Below, piece after piece: positions 36,714 through 46,861 of a DNA stretch of 64,000 nt. The stretch is from Chitinophaga pinensis (GTDB lineage Bacteria; Bacteroidota; Bacteroidia; Chitinophagales; CAIOSU01), in the NCBI GenBank assembly GCA_945901065.1, contig CAMDKI010000004.1, forward strand, positions 29,166-93,165, read 5' to 3'. The notes under the pieces were generated by a model that was not told the DNA's origin, ran no database searches, and saw only the letters and a list, made by a program, of their open reading frames with translations. The translations under genes were made by a program, and so were the position numbers. Each line of letters begins with the position of its first letter. The stretch's first letter is position 1.

Positions 36714-37802
36714 TTAGCGTTGCCCTAAAATTACATCTAAATCCCAATCTTCGGCAGGGTTGTATTTTATGTATTCGCCGTTAAGGTAAAGCGGGCTGGG
36801 CAGGTTGTTTTTGTAAAGTTGCCCAGTGCCTAAGCCTTGAGGCATTGGGTTATTGAGTGTATAAGTCCATTGTGCAATGGTATTGAGCCCTACGTTCGAC
36901 TCCAGCATAGAGGTTACCCACCAACCAATATTGCGTTCGTCGGCCAGTTTTATCCATTGTTCGCATACTTCAATGCCACCTAGCAAACTAGGTTTTAGTA
37001 TCAAATATTGAGGTTTTATGGTATCTAGCAGCTGTGCTTGTGTTGCACCATAAACTCCTATCAACTCTTCGTCTAAAGCAATGGGTATAGGAGAACTGCG
37101 ACACAACTCAGCCATTACATTCCACTGGCCAGGTTGTATGGGCTGTTCAATACTATGTATTTGAAAATTGCTCAGTTGCATCAACTTTTGCAATGCTTCG
37201 CTGCTATTAAATGCTCCATTGGCATCAACCCTAAGCTCTAGCTGTTCAGGTGGGTAATGTTCTCTTATGCCACCTAGTATTTCTTGTTCGGTGCTCCAAT
37301 CAATGGCCCCAATTTTCAGTTTCAAGCATCGGAAACCGTTCTTGAGTTTTTCGTTTATCTGGGCCAACATGTTTTCACGGGTTCCCATCCAAATTAAGCC
37401 GTTTATGCGCATACCGTCAGCACCTTCGGTAAATGGGCTAGGGTAGGGCTGTTGCCTGCTGCCTGTGGCCAGGTCAAGTAGCGCGGTTTCCAAACCAAAA
37501 CGTATGGATGGAAAAAGATTCAATTGGGCATCTTCAAACACCAGCGGAAAATCGTTTATCAGGTCACAAATCCGTATAAGTTCCTGCTCGTATGTATCTG
37601 GTTGTTCAAGGCTCAAACCCCATATCGGGCCACATTCTCCTATTCCGGCATTGCCTTCTTCATCAGTTACTATCAAGTACCAGCAGGGTTTTTCGGTAAG
37701 TACCCCTCTGCTCGTGCCACTTGGTTTATTAAACATCAACGGCCTACTTACAAAGCGAGCTTGCAAGTACCGGGCGTTTAATATCTCAAGTTGCTTAAGC
37801 AT
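36714..37802 (-). CDS. menC: o-succinylbenzoate synthase (enolase superfamily)
   Basis: Motifs CLKLKIG, LRVDANGAF, SIEQP and ALDEE provide the metal and base ligands. Confidence 0.75.
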   Translation of the reverse strand: MLKQLEILNARYLQARFVSRPLMFNKPSGTSRGVLTEKPCWYLIVTDEEGNAGIGECGPIWGLSLEQPDTYEQELIRICDLINDFPLVFEDAQLNLFPSIRFGLETALLDLATGSRQQPYPSPFTEGADGMRINGLIWMGTRENMLAQINEKLKNGFRCLKLKIGAIDWSTEQEILGGIREHYPPEQLELRVDANGAFNSSEALQKLMQLSNFQIHSIEQPIQPGQWNVMAELCRSSPIPIALDEELIGVYGATQAQLLDTIKPQYLILKPSLLGGIEVCEQWIKLADERNIGWWVTSMLESNVGLNTIAQWTYTLNNPMPQGLGTGQLYKNNLPSPLYLNGEYIKYNPAEDWDLDVILGQR

Positions 37803-38109
37803 TTATTATAAAGGTCTTAAAAATATTGTTGTAAATAACGAAAAGTAATCCAGTAATGGCCAGATTAAATATCAACAATATCCATTGAAGAACCTTGTCG
37901 TCAATTTGCTTCAACGATATTATGCCGGGCACAATGCATAGCAAAAGCAAGATATTATTGGGTAAATGTTCAGGTAATGTTTTATTTGGTATTACATCGC
38001 TTATCAGCACATAAACAATAAAAGATAGGTTGATAGATAGGTTGCAAAGTATTTGCACCAATCCCAAAATCTTTACCAATTGGTTGAGAACCATATCTAA
38101 AATTAACAA
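37795..38109 (-). CDS. small hydrophobic protein (hypothetical)
   Basis: About 3 TM helices in 104 aa, with an 8-nt overlap with the menC start. Confidence 0.4.
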   Translation of the reverse strand: MLILDMVLNQLVKILGLVQILCNLSINLSFIVYVLISDVIPNKTLPEHLPNNILLLLCIVPGIISLKQIDDKVLQWILLIFNLAITGLLFVIYNNIFKTFIINA

Positions 38110-38324
38110 ACCACACCTAAATTTGGTTTTTTGGGCCGAGTTAATTGACTAAACAAGCGGCAATGATGTACTTATACCTAAGCCGCCAATACTTGAAGGT
38201 GGGGCATATTTGATAAATACTCAAAATCAATATGTACCCACTAAGTGTTTTATAGTACATTTTATTTAGCAGGTTACCACAGGTTTAATAACTTTAGGGC
38301 GTCTTAATTGTTAAGCAGATTATT

Positions 38325-41042
38325 ATGAAACAGATATTATGGCTATTGCTGCTGTGTTGCATTACTGGCAGCATGAGCGCTCAAGTAAGTGCTGGCGGCA
38401 CCCCGGTTAGTTTTACCAAAACGTTTTTGGGCGATGCTATACCAACGGCAGTGATGCCTTCGGTAGATGTGGCTAACCTAATGATGGAGGACGAAACCGG
38501 CAATGTAAAGGGTAATGCTTTCCGATTTGGGAAAGATATAGATGTTGACCTTAAACTTAACAATGCAGGCCTTTGGCAAACCCTAAAAAATGGCGATCGT
38601 GTTTGGCGAATGGGTATTCAATCTGCTGGTGCATATTCCATAAACTTAATTTTTAGCGAATTTTTTATGCCCGAGGGTGCCAAAATGTTTGTGTACAATG
38701 CCGACAAGAGCATGGTAATTGGAGCATTTACACCTTTCAATAACAAGGACCATGGTAAGTTTTCTACCACGGTAGTGGAGGGTGATCATATAGTTATTGA
38801 ATACTTTGAGCCAGCAGCGGTGCGAAACCAAGGTCGTATTGGGGTAAGTAAGGTAATACACGGCTACCGGAACATCTTTTTTGGCAAAAGTAATGGCGGG
38901 GCAAGAGATTTTGGCGACTCTGGTTCGTGCAACAATAATGTAAATTGCCCTGTCTCTGCAGGATGGGAAAACCAAGTGAATGCTAGCTTATTATATCTTT
39001 TGTCCAACAATACTCGGGTTTGTTCGGGTGCTATGCTAAATAATGTGCGCCAAGACGGTAAGCCTTATTTTTTAAGCGCCAACCATTGTTACAGTGGCGA
39101 TTGGGCTACTTGGATTTTTATGTTTAACTACCAAAGCCCTAATTGCACCCCAAACCAAAATGGTCCCACTAACCAAACCGTATCAGGTAGTACCTTAAGG
39201 GCTCGCAGCAGCAATTCTGATTTTATGCTATTTGAATTGAGTGTTACTCCACCACTATCTTACAATGTATATTATGCAGGTTGGAGCAATGTAAACGTAG
39301 CGCCTACTTCGGCAGTGGGTATACACCACCCTGCGGGCGACGTGAAGAAGTTTAGTGTGGATAATAATGCCTCTGTGGCTTCTACCTTCGGAGGGGCGCC
39401 AGCAAACAGTCATTGGCAAGTAAATGATTGGGACTCAGGCACTACCGAGGGCGGAAGCTCTGGTTCGCCTTTGTTTGACCAAAATAAGCGCGTGGTAGGC
39501 CAATTGCATGGCGGCGGTGCCGCTTGTGGCAACAATTTAGAAGATGTTTATGGTAAGTTTGCCATCAGTTGGAACGGCAACACCGCCTCTACACGGCTTA
39601 AAGATTGGCTCGACCCAGACAACACCAATGCGACTGTTTTAGATGGTACAACTTTTAACATACCTACTACGCAATTGGATGCACAACTAACAGATATAGC
39701 AGGCATAGAAAGCTATGGTTGCGATAGTAGCGTTTCGGCAACTTTCCGTTTTCAAAACCGAGGTGCGGTTATTATTACTGCTCTCACTTACCGGTATAGT
39801 ATACTGCCAGGTGTTTGGGATACAGCTGTATATAACGGGTCTTTGTCTTTCGGTGTTTCGGCAACCCAGTCGTTGCCTGCTAAGGTGCTCACTCCCAATA
39901 CGTACAATTATCAGGTAGAAGTATTGTTGGTTAATGGTCAGGCCGATCAAAACGCCTCCAACAACACAACTACTTTTCCATTCACCATTATCTCGGGTAG
40001 GTCGGTTGCTATTACGCTCAAAACCGATGCATATGGCGACGAGACCACCTTGCGTATTACTGATGCCAACAGTAATGTGGTATGGGAGGAAACAGGGTTT
40101 AGCGACAATACAACGTATAACCTAACCCCGTGTATCGGAGTGGGTTGTTACACCTTCACTATTTTAGATAGTTATGGAGATGGTATTTGTTGCGGACTTT
40201 CGGGCAATGGCTCATATACGGTAACCGACCCAGATGGTACTCAAATTGCTTCTGGCGGCGATTTTGGCAATTCTGAAAGTACTCCTTTCTGCATTTCAAA
40301 CGGGCAGCCACCAGTTGCTAATTTTTCGGGCAGCACACAAACTACCTGCGCTGGCGGAACGGTAAGCTATAGCAACCTAAGTGCGGGTACTTTTTCTAGC
40401 ATAAGCTGGCAGTTTCCGGGCGGGGCGCCTTCAACCTCAACTGCAAATAACCCCACGGTAACGTATGCAACTGCTGGCTCTTACGATGTGGTGCTTACCA
40501 TTACCGGTGCATTGGGTACTGATAGTGTTCGCTTGATTAATTACGTTGAGGTGCGAACTGGTCCTAATGCTTTGGTTACGAGCAGCAATACTACTACAAT
40601 TGGCGCTGCCGATGGAGTGGCAACGGTTTCGGCAGGTGGGTTTGGTCCATTCACTTATTTGTGGAGTAACGGTAGCCAAACAACAACAATTACGGGCCTA
40701 GTTGCTGGTACTTACACCGTGACTGTTAGCGATGGTATAGGTTGCAGCACCACTAGATTGGTAACGATACAAGACGGACCAGTAGGCATAACCGATTTGG
40801 CCAGCTCAATAGGGCTGCAATTGTATCCTAACCCTGCTAGCACCCAAGTGCTAGTAGTACTCAACAGGTTTGATGCTGGTTCTTTGTCGGTTTACGACAA
40901 TTTGGGCCGATTGGTATATACTCAAAGCCAAGTTGTACATGCCAATACCATTGACGTGGCAAGTTGGCCTAAAGGAGTTTATTATATGCGATTAACCATA
41001 CCCGAAGGTAATGTGGTTAGGAAGTTTGTGGTAGGTATGTAA
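38325..41042 (+). CDS. secreted S1-family (lysyl-endopeptidase-like) serine protease with PKD, SprB-repeat and T9SS sorting domains
   Basis: Signal peptide. His (FLSANHC) and Ser (TEGGSSGSPLF) catalytic motifs. A YGDGICCG module, a PKD domain, an SprB repeat (GGFGPFTYLWSNG...GTYTVTVSDGIGC) and a C-terminal LQLYPNPAS...GVYYMRL CTD. Confidence 0.8.
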   Translation: MKQILWLLLLCCITGSMSAQVSAGGTPVSFTKTFLGDAIPTAVMPSVDVANLMMEDETGNVKGNAFRFGKDIDVDLKLNNAGLWQTLKNGDRVWRMGIQSAGAYSINLIFSEFFMPEGAKMFVYNADKSMVIGAFTPFNNKDHGKFSTTVVEGDHIVIEYFEPAAVRNQGRIGVSKVIHGYRNIFFGKSNGGARDFGDSGSCNNNVNCPVSAGWENQVNASLLYLLSNNTRVCSGAMLNNVRQDGKPYFLSANHCYSGDWATWIFMFNYQSPNCTPNQNGPTNQTVSGSTLRARSSNSDFMLFELSVTPPLSYNVYYAGWSNVNVAPTSAVGIHHPAGDVKKFSVDNNASVASTFGGAPANSHWQVNDWDSGTTEGGSSGSPLFDQNKRVVGQLHGGGAACGNNLEDVYGKFAISWNGNTASTRLKDWLDPDNTNATVLDGTTFNIPTTQLDAQLTDIAGIESYGCDSSVSATFRFQNRGAVIITALTYRYSILPGVWDTAVYNGSLSFGVSATQSLPAKVLTPNTYNYQVEVLLVNGQADQNASNNTTTFPFTIISGRSVAITLKTDAYGDETTLRITDANSNVVWEETGFSDNTTYNLTPCIGVGCYTFTILDSYGDGICCGLSGNGSYTVTDPDGTQIASGGDFGNSESTPFCISNGQPPVANFSGSTQTTCAGGTVSYSNLSAGTFSSISWQFPGGAPSTSTANNPTVTYATAGSYDVVLTITGALGTDSVRLINYVEVRTGPNALVTSSNTTTIGAADGVATVSAGGFGPFTYLWSNGSQTTTITGLVAGTYTVTVSDGIGCSTTRLVTIQDGPVGITDLASSIGLQLYPNPASTQVLVVLNRFDAGSLSVYDNLGRLVYTQSQVVHANTIDVASWPKGVYYMRLTIPEGNVVRKFVVGM

Positions 41043-41057
41043 ACTTAAATGATACTT

Positions 41058-41102
41058 CAAAAAAAGAACGGCTGCCAGATCTCTGGCAGCCGTTCTTTTT
41101 TT
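41058..41102. terminator. bidirectional rho-independent terminator
   Basis: A7 - AGAACGGCTGCCAGA/TCTGGCAGCCGTTCT - T7, between convergent genes. Confidence 0.85.
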
Positions 41103-41113
41103 CATTCTTAAGG

Positions 41114-42442
41114 TTACTTCTTTTTCTTTCTTGATGCTAGAGGGTCTTCCTCAACGCTGCCCGTTTGCTTCTTGTGCTTTCGGGCTTGTTTGTTTCCTTG
41201 AGCAATGCCAAGGGCAATAATTATACGTTTGCCAAATGGCGGCTTATAAATGTTCTTTTTGCCTTTACGTATATTATCAAAGAATGCCTTAGTGTACACA
41301 ATTGACATTGGCGCGCATGGGTTATGCGATAAGTCTTTGCCAAATATACGCTTACGAACGTGCGGAGCTTTTGGGTGCATATACTCATAAGCTTTTTCTG
41401 AGTTTTGATACAGCACCTCGTTATCGCCATAGCAAGCGCATAATTGCATAGGGGCTTTGGGTGTCCAATCATAAAGGTTGTTCTCTTTAAGCTTCTTCGT
41501 AAAAATGAAGTTGGTATCGGTTTTAAACAAGGTTATCAAGCTATCAATAATCATATTGCTAGGCACGCGTGGCAAAACCGAATCTAGATACCCATAGTCA
41601 ATTGTTCTTGGCTGGGCAAAATACCCTTTCAAATCAGTGTTGTAAGGTGAGGTAAACACATTGAAAATATCGCCGTCCCAAATATCATAACCGTAATCGA
41701 ATGACAATAATAAATAAGGTAGATAGTGCGGACGATCATAATCTACGAACATGGTAGTTGCCTGTATTCCGGTAAGGTCATAGGCACCTGACATAGGGGA
41801 GGAGGCAGTTATTTTTATGTCTGGGAAAGCGCCAGTCTCTAACATTTTGTGGGTAGCCATAGCAGCATGCCCACCTTGTGAGTAGCCAGTAACAAACAAT
41901 TGGCCAGAAGTTTTAGCACCAATTGACGGTAATATTTCCCTACAGGCTTTAATCATATAGATAACCGACATTGATTCTGTAAACGCATCGTGATAGATGT
42001 GTTCCTTTTCGCCACCACCGAGGCCGTAATAGAAAGGAAAGTAGCTGATGTAACCGTCTGCCGCATGCATCATGGTTATTACCTGCTCTAGGTCTTGTAT
42101 ACCATAGTTTTGGGCAATGGAGATACGGGTGCCGTGACAATACATCATTTCGGCCATTGGCTTGTCCGATTTAGGCACGTACATCACTCCCTTGGCCATA
42201 ATAAAGGTGCTATCAAGCCACATGCCCTTGTAGGTTACTTCATACATGTCCACCGCATTTTCAACAGGCAGCAGAATTTGGGGCATTGCATTGGCTTTCC
42301 AGAACCGATCCAACGAATCTTGAGTGTAGCTATAAATAAGCTTATGGCTTATTAGATAGCTATCAGGCGGATTGAAGGCAGAACTTTTTGTGGAGAAAAC
42401 GATAGAAACAATTAGGAGGAGGAGTAAGAAGTGCTTTTTCAT
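41114..42442 (-). CDS. secreted alpha/beta hydrolase (lipase/esterase-like)
   Basis: Signal peptide and nucleophile elbow GYSQGGHAA, with a lysine-rich C-terminal tail. Confidence 0.65.
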   Translation of the reverse strand: MKKHFLLLLLIVSIVFSTKSSAFNPPDSYLISHKLIYSYTQDSLDRFWKANAMPQILLPVENAVDMYEVTYKGMWLDSTFIMAKGVMYVPKSDKPMAEMMYCHGTRISIAQNYGIQDLEQVITMMHAADGYISYFPFYYGLGGGEKEHIYHDAFTESMSVIYMIKACREILPSIGAKTSGQLFVTGYSQGGHAAMATHKMLETGAFPDIKITASSPMSGAYDLTGIQATTMFVDYDRPHYLPYLLLSFDYGYDIWDGDIFNVFTSPYNTDLKGYFAQPRTIDYGYLDSVLPRVPSNMIIDSLITLFKTDTNFIFTKKLKENNLYDWTPKAPMQLCACYGDNEVLYQNSEKAYEYMHPKAPHVRKRIFGKDLSHNPCAPMSIVYTKAFFDNIRKGKKNIYKPPFGKRIIIALGIAQGNKQARKHKKQTGSVEEDPLASRKKKK

Positions 42443-42566
42443 AATTGAATTTACAATAAATAATGAAACTGAAAGTTATGCTTTTCTATCCGGTTAAACG
42501 TGAATATGTTGTGAAAATTTTATCAAGTCTATCTTACCACCATCAAACTGCAACTTTGGCTTTGCT

Positions 42567-42574
42567 TATCTTTG
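42567..42574 (+). promoter_or_regulatory. candidate -7 promoter box (TATCTTTG)
   Basis: Exact TAnnTTTG match, 32 nt upstream of the ATG at 42606. This supports that ATG over the TTG at 42576. Confidence 0.4.
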
Positions 42575-42605
42575 GTTGAGCATTATTAAAACAAGCCTAT
42601 ACATC

Positions 42606-43331
42606 ATGACCCGATTAAGTGTAAACATCAATAAGGTTGCCCTCATTCGCAACGGAAGGGGTGGAAACGTCCCTAATTTATCGCAAGTAGCTAAAGATTG
42701 TGAGCGGTTTGGTGCCGAAGGCATAACCGTGCATCCGAGGCCTGATGAACGTCATATCCGTTTTAAAGATGTGTATGAGCTTAAAGAGGTGGTAAAAACG
42801 GAGTTTAATGTTGAGGGTTACCCAACTGAGCATTTTATGCAAATGATGCGCGAAGTGCGCCCGCACCAATGCACACTAGTGCCCGACGGCCCCAATGTTT
42901 TAACCTCATCGGAGGGTTGGGATACAATCAAGCATGCCCATTTTTTGAAAGAAGTGGTAGCTGAACTCCAATCTTTTGGCATAAGAGTATCATTGTTTGT
43001 TGATACCATTGAGCAATTTGTGGAGGGTGCAGCTCTTACCGGTGCCGATAGGATAGAACTTTATACAGGGGCTTATGCAAGCAACTACGCGCTAAGCCCT
43101 GCAAAAGCGGTGGAGAAGTATAGCAATGCCGCCCGATTTGCCAACCAGCTAAAAATTGGCGTAAATGCAGGTCACGATTTGAGCTTGGATAATTTGGCCT
43201 ATTTTAAAAGTCACGTGCCAGGTTTGCTTGAAGTTTCCATTGGCCACGCATTAATATCGGATGCTTTATACTATGGTTTGGAGAATACTATTGGTATGTA
43301 TCGTCAGCGTCTTGGTGCTTTTCAAGACTAA
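42606..43331 (+). CDS. pdxJ: pyridoxine 5'-phosphate synthase
   Basis: LSVNINKVALIRNGRGGNVP, ITVHPRPDERHI and NAGHDL motifs. Confidence 0.9.
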   Translation: MTRLSVNINKVALIRNGRGGNVPNLSQVAKDCERFGAEGITVHPRPDERHIRFKDVYELKEVVKTEFNVEGYPTEHFMQMMREVRPHQCTLVPDGPNVLTSSEGWDTIKHAHFLKEVVAELQSFGIRVSLFVDTIEQFVEGAALTGADRIELYTGAYASNYALSPAKAVEKYSNAARFANQLKIGVNAGHDLSLDNLAYFKSHVPGLLEVSIGHALISDALYYGLENTIGMYRQRLGAFQD

Positions 43332-43345
43332 AGTATTTCTTTTTA

Positions 43346-43388
43346 AAACAAAAACGGTCGACCCAAGTGGGCCGACCGTTTTTGTTTA
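43346..43388. terminator. bidirectional rho-independent terminator
   Basis: AAAAACGGTCGACCC-aagt-GGGCCGACCGTTTTT, between convergent genes. Confidence 0.85.
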
Positions 43389-43404
43389 AGCTTAAGCCGA
43401 AGGC

Positions 43405-44739
43405 TTACAAGAAGGTATCTTCCGTTTTTACAGCTGCTTTTTCTTTTTTCTTAACCATATTATTATCCAAAATAGTTCTTACGGCGCCATAAGAAAGGAA
43501 CTTGGTGCGTATCACTTGTTTAATTACATCGTTGGTCAATTTAGCGTAGCTTCCTGATAAGGCAAAAATTTGATCGGCAATTTTGGTTTTGTACGCCGAG
43601 TAGTAACCTTTATAGCTTTCCATATCTTCGGCACTCAACACCAAATTTTTATTGTCGTCATATTGCTTAGTTACCGATGGCTCATTGTTTTTGATAAGAT
43701 CGAAGTCATTTGCAATTTTTTCCAAAATAACCAATGTAGCCCTGCTTGACTTAATAGCAGCAACTAGAGACTCCTCTTCAGCTTTGGTAGCGTGGTCAAT
43801 GGCTCCGTCATAATTAAAACTAATTAAGTCCATATAAACCAATGCCATTTCTGCTTTCTTGAAATCGTTTATTTTCATGTAAAGTTCGTTGGCAAGTTGA
43901 TATTGGCCATACTTAGAAGCAGACTCGGCCAACTTGGCCATACCTGCTTTATCGTTTTTGGCTTCGTATAAGGTAGCTATTTTTTGGTATTGTGGCACCC
44001 CACCTTCAATGTTACCTGTTTCAAACAACCTGTTTGCATATCGCAACAATCCGTCGGTGTTTCCTGCTTTTTCGAAAGCGATGTACGCACTGCTGTATTC
44101 GCCTGCTTTTTCGTAGATGGCTCCAGCGGCGTTATATCCTTCTGGTGTATCCATACGCTCGTAAGATTTGGCGGCCGAGGTGTCGTTTCCGGCCGCTAGG
44201 TAGCCATCGGCAATTTTCTTTACGTCTGGATAAGATTTACCCATGATGTAGTAGCCCAGTGCATTCTCATATTGGCTATTACCCATACCATAATACAAAT
44301 CGCCTACTTTTTTGTAGCCTGCTTCTGGGTTGTCCGACTTGCGGTAATTAGATAGCGCACTTTTAACCAGTTTGCCCACCTCCTTGTCGTCGCCAGCAGC
44401 GGCGGCATCTTCAACCATACCATCACCAATTCGGCTGTAGCCTGCTTTTTTTGCTTCCGGGGTGCCTCGCAGGTAATACTTAGCGGCCGAAGCATAATCT
44501 TTGCCAGCTACTAAGGCGTCGCCAATCAGTTCAAATAGTTCCTTACCCATACCCGATTTGGTATAGTATTCTACTGCTTTTTCAAAATACTCCCTTTTTG
44601 CGGTAGCATCAGCAGTTTCTAGGCCTTTGGCTATGGATTCCTCGGCCTTTACTACGTTTTTGTCTTGGGCCATTAGCGCAGGTGCTGTAAGCAAGAAGCA
44701 CATAATGGTCATAATAATAAGTTTTGCGCGGTGTTTCAT
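43405..44739 (-). CDS. secreted TPR-like repeat protein (hypothetical)
   Basis: Signal peptide, followed by repeated A/Y/G-rich helical hairpins (AAKYYLRG, ALGYYIMG, AGAIYEKAG). Confidence 0.55.
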   Translation of the reverse strand: MKHRAKLIIMTIMCFLLTAPALMAQDKNVVKAEESIAKGLETADATAKREYFEKAVEYYTKSGMGKELFELIGDALVAGKDYASAAKYYLRGTPEAKKAGYSRIGDGMVEDAAAAGDDKEVGKLVKSALSNYRKSDNPEAGYKKVGDLYYGMGNSQYENALGYYIMGKSYPDVKKIADGYLAAGNDTSAAKSYERMDTPEGYNAAGAIYEKAGEYSSAYIAFEKAGNTDGLLRYANRLFETGNIEGGVPQYQKIATLYEAKNDKAGMAKLAESASKYGQYQLANELYMKINDFKKAEMALVYMDLISFNYDGAIDHATKAEEESLVAAIKSSRATLVILEKIANDFDLIKNNEPSVTKQYDDNKNLVLSAEDMESYKGYYSAYKTKIADQIFALSGSYAKLTNDVIKQVIRTKFLSYGAVRTILDNNMVKKKEKAAVKTEDTFL

Positions 44740-44997
44740 ATGATACCCCCTCCAGGGGAAAACGAAAGTTGGTTGGTTAATATTGTTATCTTAAAGGTAT
44801 CGACAATTTAGTCAAAATCCTGCATAATAAACAAAACTTGCAGTAATTCTTATGTCAAGACTATAATAGACGAAAAAACTATTGGCAAATTTGCGAAGCT
44901 ACTAATGGCAGCGAGAAAGCTTTCGAATCTATCAGTTTAAGATGAAGGTTGTGCCACAGGTTCAAATTATGCCGCTTAGGGGCCTTTCGGTTTCTGG

Positions 44998-45498
44998 CTA
45001 AATTTTAGTTAATATGGCCGTGCATTCTGCATATTGGCTACCTTGGGTGTAGCTATACTCCAACCTTAGTTGGCGCTGATTGGGAAAATACTGCCCAAAA
45101 CCTTGCACCGTAGTTGCCCCGATTTGTTGGCTCGAGATGAAAATGTCATTGTTGTTAATGGTTGCCTCAATGGCACCTAAACCAAGAAAACCATTTATTA
45201 CCACTACATCAACACTGAAGCCTAACGATATGTACATATTGTACTGATTGTTTTGATTGCCATTGAGCGTGGTGGTGCAGTTTTCTGATACTTGGTAGTT
45301 GCCTACATACTTCTCATAACTGTATGTATCGCAATTGGGGCCTTCGTATCCTTGAACACATACGCATTGGCCAGATACGCAATAAGTATTATTGCCGCTG
45401 CAAACCACATTCTCACAAGTGGTTTTGTCGCATGATGACCAGAACAAGATACCTAAGGCCGAAAGAAATAAGAATAGTATCGAAATAGCGTATTTCAT
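44998..45498 (-). CDS. lipoprotein with an EGF-like cysteine-rich module
   Basis: Lipobox (FWSSC), then CENVVCSGNNTYCVSGQCVCVQGYEGPNC with 6-Cys EGF-like spacing. Confidence 0.55.
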   Translation of the reverse strand: MKYAISILFLFLSALGILFWSSCDKTTCENVVCSGNNTYCVSGQCVCVQGYEGPNCDTYSYEKYVGNYQVSENCTTTLNGNQNNQYNMYISLGFSVDVVVINGFLGLGAIEATINNNDIFISSQQIGATTVQGFGQYFPNQRQLRLEYSYTQGSQYAECTAILTKI

Positions 45499-45800
45499 GG
45501 TACGGCAAACTTTGGTTCAATAAACAACGTAAAAGTAATAAATAGTTGCTACCCATAAGTTTTATATTAGAAATGCTTGCCAGTAATCATTAGTAGACAC
45601 ATTGCAAAAGTGTGCAGTTTTAATAAGACGATTTTAGTATTATTACAGGTGCAAAACCATTAACAGCCCTTGTTTTGAGCTTAAATACATAAAAAGAAAT
45701 TTAACGTGTTGATAAATTGGATTCTTTTCCATAATTTCTCCAAACCTAATTATCAAAATGTAAACAGTGATAGTGAATATGGCCTAAATCTACCTAACCT

Positions 45801-46829
45801 ATGTCTCAACTGCTCGATTTTACCTCTAGTGGCATCTATTGCCCTATAGCTGATGTATATATTGACCCATGGCAGCCTGTTGATAGGGCTATTATAACTC
45901 ATGCCCATGCCGACCATGCACGCATAGGAAATCGCAGTTACTTAGCGCATACCGATTCGGTGCCGCTATTGAAGCACATGCTTGGCGCTTACATTAATAT
46001 TGAAGGGGTAGGCTACAACGAGCCTTTCCATATTAATGGGGTGCAATTTTCGCTTCACCCGGCCGGGCACATAATAGGCTCGGCGCAATTGAGGGTTGAA
46101 TACAAGGGCGAAGTGTGGGTAGTAACCGGCGATTTTAAATTGGTAGATGATAAAATCAGTCAGCCTTTCGAGCCATTGAAATGCGATGTTTTAATTACCG
46201 ATTCAACTTTCGGTTTGCCCATATTTGAGTGGCAGCCACAAGAAATAGTTTTTGAAGACATTAACAATTGGTGGCTAAGTAATACCGAAAATAACCAAGT
46301 ATCCGTGATTATTGGCTATACTTTGGGTAAAACCCAAAGGCTGTTGCACCACTTAGAGCGCTCTATTGGCCCAGTGTATGCCCATGGTTCCATTGAAACA
46401 GTAAATCAAGTGTTGCGCAACCAAGGGATAAATATTGCCAATGTGCAAAAGCTGGATATGAAAAAAACATTGGAGCGCAATTCGTTGATATTGGCTATGC
46501 CATCAATCATTTATTCTCCTTTGATCAAAGATTTGGCCCCCTGTTCCATTGCTGCGGCATCGGGTTGGATGAGCCTACGCGGAGCACGCCATACCCCTAA
46601 TATCGACAAAGGCTTTATCTTATCTGACCATGCCGATTGGCACCAATTGATACAGAGTGTGAAAGAAACCGGTGCCCGTAAAATTTTCCTTACCAGTAGT
46701 GGTTACTCATCGGCCTTTTGTCGATGGTTGGTGGAGAGCGGTTACGACGTAACCGAAATTGAAACCAAATTTACGGGCGAGATTAAGGAAATTGAAGAAA
46801 CGTTGGGTGTTGGGGTGGATTCGTTTTGA
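45801..46829 (+). CDS. MBL-fold/beta-CASP-like nuclease of the ligase-associated DNA damage response exonuclease type
   Basis: HxHxDH motif (ITHAHADHAR). Size of about 340 aa, with a distal H/D motif (LSDHADW). Confidence 0.65.
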   Translation: MSQLLDFTSSGIYCPIADVYIDPWQPVDRAIITHAHADHARIGNRSYLAHTDSVPLLKHMLGAYINIEGVGYNEPFHINGVQFSLHPAGHIIGSAQLRVEYKGEVWVVTGDFKLVDDKISQPFEPLKCDVLITDSTFGLPIFEWQPQEIVFEDINNWWLSNTENNQVSVIIGYTLGKTQRLLHHLERSIGPVYAHGSIETVNQVLRNQGINIANVQKLDMKKTLERNSLILAMPSIIYSPLIKDLAPCSIAAASGWMSLRGARHTPNIDKGFILSDHADWHQLIQSVKETGARKIFLTSSGYSSAFCRWLVESGYDVTEIETKFTGEIKEIEETLGVGVDSF

Positions 46830-46861
46830 TAACTGAATTTTGTCCGACTACTCAATACGCT

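Noticed and set aside
42576-42605. The TTG start given by the track for pdxJ
   Set aside because: The extension (SIIKTSLYI) is not PdxJ-like, and a TAnnTTTG box ends at 42574. I prefer the ATG at 42606.
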